64,000 nucleotides of DNA from Hyaloraphidium curvatum SAG 235-1 (Eukaryota; Fungi; Monoblepharomycota). Below, piece by piece: positions 59,891 through 64,000 of the stretch. The stretch's first letter is position 1, and each line of letters begins with the position of its first letter. Under the pieces are notes generated by a model. The model was not told where the DNA came from, made no database searches, and saw only the letters and a program-made list of their open reading frames with translations. The position numbers were made by a program, and so were the translations under genes. The stretch covers positions 248,001 to 312,000 of the forward strand of contig JAIVFI010000017.1 in assembly GCA_025558095.1 (NCBI GenBank), read 5' to 3'.

Positions 59891-61525
59891 ATGGCGGAGG
59901 CGGAGCCGTCGCCCGTGACGGGCGGCACGGGCACCGAGGAAAGGACCGCGACGAATCCGTCAATCTCGGGGGGGCAACCGGCGAGCGCAGCGTCTCCGAA
60001 GCTTGCGCGCCATAACGTGAGGCCGGTGATCTATCTTTGGAACTGAATGATAAGTTTCTGTCTTTGGGGGTCGGTCTTGGCCGGCAGACGGAGACGGGCT
60101 GGCGAACAGCACTCGAGGCGACGGGGGAGGAGCTCGAGGCCGAGCTACGACAAGGACTTGTCTACGAGTACATCCAGGGGGAGTTCGAAACGCTGCCGAA
60201 CTTTTCCCAAATCGTTCCGAACGCGACGGGCGTGGTGTCGTCGATCGCGATAGGTAGGAAGCGAGTCCCACGCCCTCCAATCCAGGGGGAGCAGTAACCA
60301 GACGGAAACAGATGGAGAGACAGAGCTCACGCAAATGCAGAGGGAGCCAAACTTTCGGCGTGAGTTCACTTTGACGGGAACTCGCAGTCTGCTCATCGCC
60401 GGCCAGCAAATGAGCTCTTGGCCCTCGGGGATTTCGCAGTCCGCTTCAGCGGCTTTCTGAAGGTTCCGCAGGACGGCACCTGGACCTTCTTCCTCACGAG
60501 CAACGACGGGTCGCGGCTGTACATCTCCGGCAAGGCCGTCGTGGACTTGGACGGTGTCGTGAGTGAAGCCGATCCGGTCTGGGGCAATCGCGCCTGACAT
60601 AAAGTGCCTCAATAAGCATTACTCGACGGAGAAGCAGGGCAGAGTCACGCTGAAGGCTGGAATCCATCCGATCCAGGTGCTTTACTTCCACCGCAATGGC
60701 AAAATGCTCGAAGGGATCCGAGTCGGCCCGCAGCTGAGCGTGGCGTGGTACCTGCCCGGCAGCTACGGCTTCATCGGCTCGGGGAGCAAAGGAGTGCCGA
60801 AGCAGATCATTCCGGAGGAGAGCATTCTCTACAACCCGAACGATGTTCACACGCAGCACCTCCTTGCGACCGGCGGCGATCCTATGCAGTCGCCACCAAT
60901 CCCTCCGTCGGTCGCCAAGAGGATCCAGATCCTGGAGAACGCGCTGGAGGAGCAGGACAACCGATTGGAGGCCATGCGCCTTGCCTTTGAGCGCATCCGC
61001 GCCATTCAGATCTTCGACGATATCCGGAAGGCGTCGCGCATAGCTGAGGATCGCGACGACACCTACACCATCCGGGACACTGTCGGGGGCGATACCGTGG
61101 ACGGGCGGAGAACTGTCGACGGCACAGAACCGGAAGGCGATGCCGCTGCCGCAGTCGGGGGCCCCAGAGAACTGGAAGAAATCATCGACGCGCACATCGA
61201 GGAGATTTCGAAGCTGAAAGAGGCAAGTCAGGCGGCCGCGAGGATGCGTGGCTCTCCCTTACGCGAAGCCCGCCAGCTTTACTTCTTCCACCTCGGATTG
61301 CAGATCAAGCTTCGTGCGCACGCAGTGTATCCTGTCCGCGCTGCAGCCGCTCAGAAGGGGAAGGCAAAGGCGATTCCGCCGAAGCCGCCCGTTGTTTCCC
61401 TTCAGGACACGTGGGAGGAGGTGCAGGAGAAGAAGATCTCGGTCGATCGGTGGCCGTATTTCATAGCTGCAAAGTTTGGTCTGAAGGAGAGGGGCGGTGG
61501 CAGCAGGCCGTCTGGCCCGCTGTGA
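59891..61525 (+). CDS. PA14-domain protein with a coiled coil and a C-terminal helical motif, multi-exon
   Basis: Spliced product GLVYEYIQG...FAVRFSGFLKVPQDGTWTFFLTSNDGSRLYISGKAVVDLDGV|HYSTEKQGRVTLKAGIHPIQVLYF is a PA14 signature. No signal peptide is visible. Confidence 0.8.
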
Positions 61526-61608
61526 CACGGTCGTGGTGGAGTAATCGGACTGGGCCTGGGGTACCCGCGCATAGGATCTGTTCATCTGTCAGAGTTTAAT
61601 TTAGCACT

Positions 61609-64000
61609 TCACATGCGACCATTCGCGCCGTTGCCGTCCGTGAGGAAAGTGGAAAAGAGTGAGGCATAGCCGTAATCCGCCGGTCCGTACTGAGAAGGTT
61701 GCCCAACGGCCTGGCCGTTGAGCGCCTGGGCGCCAAGAGCCTGCATGCCAAGTGCCTGCCCGCCCATCGCCTGTCCACCCAAAGCCTGTCCGCCCAAGGT
61801 CTGTCCACCAAGGGTCTGTCCGCCCAAAGCCGCGCCTCCCAGAGCGTGACCGCTCAGCAGCTGGCCCCCGAGGATTTGCCCTCCCAAAGACTGTCCGCCC
61901 AGAGCCTGCGCAGTCAAAGGCGACAGGCGCGTGTCCATGTTTAAGTGCAGGTTGGGATACGAGTAGGTTTGAGGAATGACAACCGTCGGCCGGTCATTGA
62001 ATCGCAGGGCGTTCGGGTCCACCGAAGGCTTCACAAGCCCCAGGTTCGCAAACTTGGCGTTCACCAAGTTTCGAATCGCAACCGCGTCGCTGTACACTTC
62101 GGATCCCTCCTCGTTGTACGTGCACGCGTTTTCGCACATCGTGTCCAAGTCCTTCTTGAACTGGCGAATGTCGGAGTAAAAGGGGTAGCGTACGCGCGTC
62201 CGAATCATCTCCAGCGATATCGGATTCTTGATTTCCCGATAGTAATCTGCCCAATCCTTGCGGGCCGGGAGCGACCAGAAAGCTTCGGCTCGGCGGCGCT
62301 GGGATCCGTCACTGCGGGACCAGGCAATAAGTGGGCGCCAGGACCGGTAGAAACCACAAAAACCACGCACCTTTCGGGCACAGTCAAGTCCTCGATAGCT
62401 CGCAGAACGTCCTCCATGACGGCGTTGAACTTGGCGCGAAGATCGGGCCGCAAGTTGTCAGTCACCGCCATCGGATCTTGCCCGTTGAGGTGGCCGCTGA
62501 GCTGCTTGCGCTGCTTCTTCGTCAGCTTCTCCTCCCCGTCCGTCGACTCCCGCGTCGATCTCGGCCGCTTTCTCCCGCGAGTGCCGACCGACGAGACGTC
62601 GTCCTCCGAAGGCTGCTGGCTCTGGGAGGCGTGGTCGTCCTCGTCGTCGTGGCCCGAGTCCGATCCAGCATCAGCAGGCTTCCCCCCTCGCTTCACTTTC
62701 CGCCGCAACCTGGCCTGCGCCTTTTGCTGCTTCACAGCGAGCTCGCCCTTCTCCACTGCGTTGACGAACTGCTCCTCCGTCATCCCGTCGTCGTACGTGA
62801 CGTCCTTCCGGATCCTCTGTCCCCGTCCCGTGTCGAAAAGCTCGTCAATATCCTCCCTCAAGTGCTCCCGGCGGTAGATGTCGGGCAGCTCGTCGTCCTG
62901 CATCAGCCGTTCCTGCGGCCCGCTGGTCCTCACGTCAACCCCCGCTTCCAGCCAGTCGACCGCATCCTGCTGGATCCGCTCCTGGTCGATCTGCCGGAAA
63001 AGCTCGCGCTCCCAGTCCGAACGGGCGATGACTTCGTTAAGCTCCTCGTCGTTGAGCTCCGGCTCGTCAGCATTCTCCTCGTCCACCTCGTCGTCCGCGC
63101 CTTCGATGAGAGCCCGCAAAAATGCCTCGCGCTCCTCCGCGCTGGACTTGTTGTCGAACTTGCCGGCTTGGATGACCTTGCCGTCCATGTCCAGCTTGAA
63201 CTGCGCGCGCTGCAGAATGTTCTCCTCGATGGAGCGGGAGGTGATGAGCCGCAGGATGCGGACTTCGTTCTTCTGTCCGATGCGATGGGCTCGGTCCTGC
63301 GCCTGCAGGTCCTGGTGCGGGTTCCAGTCGCTGTCGAAGATGATGACCGTGTCGGCGACCTGGAGGTTGAGGCCCAGGCCGCCGGCGCGGGTGCTGAGGA
63401 TGAAGAGGTTGTAAGGAGAATCGGGCGCGTTGAACTTGGTCAGCATGTCCTGGCGGGCGTCGGCCGTGTTGCTGCCATCCAGGCGCAGCCAAGTGTGCTT
63501 TCTCCAGCGGAGATAGTCCTCGAAAAGGTCCATCACAAGCGTCTGCGTTGGGCGTCGGTGAGGCGAAGCACAGCGGGCGCGGCATTCACAGAGACGCACC
63601 ATCTGGAAAAAGATGAGCACCTTGTGGCCTGACCTAAACAGCTTGGGCAGGATCCGATCGAGCAGCTCGAACTTGCCGCTCGCGCGGAAAATGTGAAGGT
63701 TCAGCTTGCTCGCGACGTTGACGTTCTCCTCCACCTCGCCAAAGACGTAGGGGTGGTTGCAGACTTTCCGGAGGTGCATGACGGTGTTGTTCAAGCCCCT
63801 CACGCCGCCCTTGGGACTGCCGAGGCGCTCGATCAGTCGTCTGTCGCCATGCACACCGCCGCAAACCCACCCCTTGTCCTTCTCCGAGACCATGGGCAGG
63901 AAGCCGTGCTTCCGGATCTGGTCGTAGAGCCGCTGCTGGAGCGCCGACATCTTGCACTTGACAACGGTCTCGACCTTGTCGGGCAGCTCCGACTCCACGT
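61609..64000 (-). CDS. SNF2: 3' part of the SWI/SNF-RSC ATPase Snf2/Sth1 (helicase C, SnAC, bromodomain)
   Basis: ELPDKVE, LRKVCNHPY, SGKFELLDRILPKL, LSTRAGGLGLNLQVADTVIIFDSDWNPHQDLQAQDRAHRIGQ, QAGKFDNKS, bromodomain DYYREIKNPISL...NACTYNEEGS. Confidence 0.95.
61702..61911 (-). repeat. Coding 15-nt tandem repeat: 14 x GQxLG pentapeptide in the Snf2 C-terminal tail
   Basis: AQALG GQSLG GQILG GQLLS GHALG GAALG GQTLG GQTLG GQALG GQAMG GQALG MQALG AQALN GQAVG. Confidence 0.9.

Overview
Gene-dense, GC-rich eukaryotic DNA with short GT-AG introns (mostly about 50-150 nt). Gene content (fimbrin, TOM1, ILV3, YTP1, LAA2-like, plus animal-like GON4L, HCF-like and FAM72 genes) suggests an early-diverging, chytrid- or monoblepharid-like fungus; this is inference. 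About 26 protein-coding loci were reconstructed by splicing the ORF track by eye. The core housekeeping block (about 18-64 kb) holds GUF1, DIP2/UTP12, a Myb/GON4L-like gene, LAA2-like, a Kelch-Fn3 HCF-like gene, TAD3, SIRT4-like, HNT2/FHIT, YTP1, SAC6, PRP21, ILV3, TOM1, a PA14 protein and the 3' end of SNF2/STH1. The first 18 kb look accessory and hold the most interesting signals. (1) An intron-containing, bacterial-type TMAO demethylase (Tdm, DUF1989+GcvT) whose metal-ligand spacing is intact, a likely horizontal acquisition. (2) A head-to-head pair of paralogous 7-TM proteins with the loop pattern and C-terminal signature of gustatory-receptor-like/DUF3537 7TM ion channels. (3) An orphan gene with a decayed tandem paralog, a Pvg1-type pyruvyltransferase and a GT61-like glycosyltransferase. 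A strand-specific pattern also recurs across many exons: C-rich after the 3' splice site and G-rich before the next donor or stop. No RNA genes, CRISPR arrays or mobile elements were recognised.
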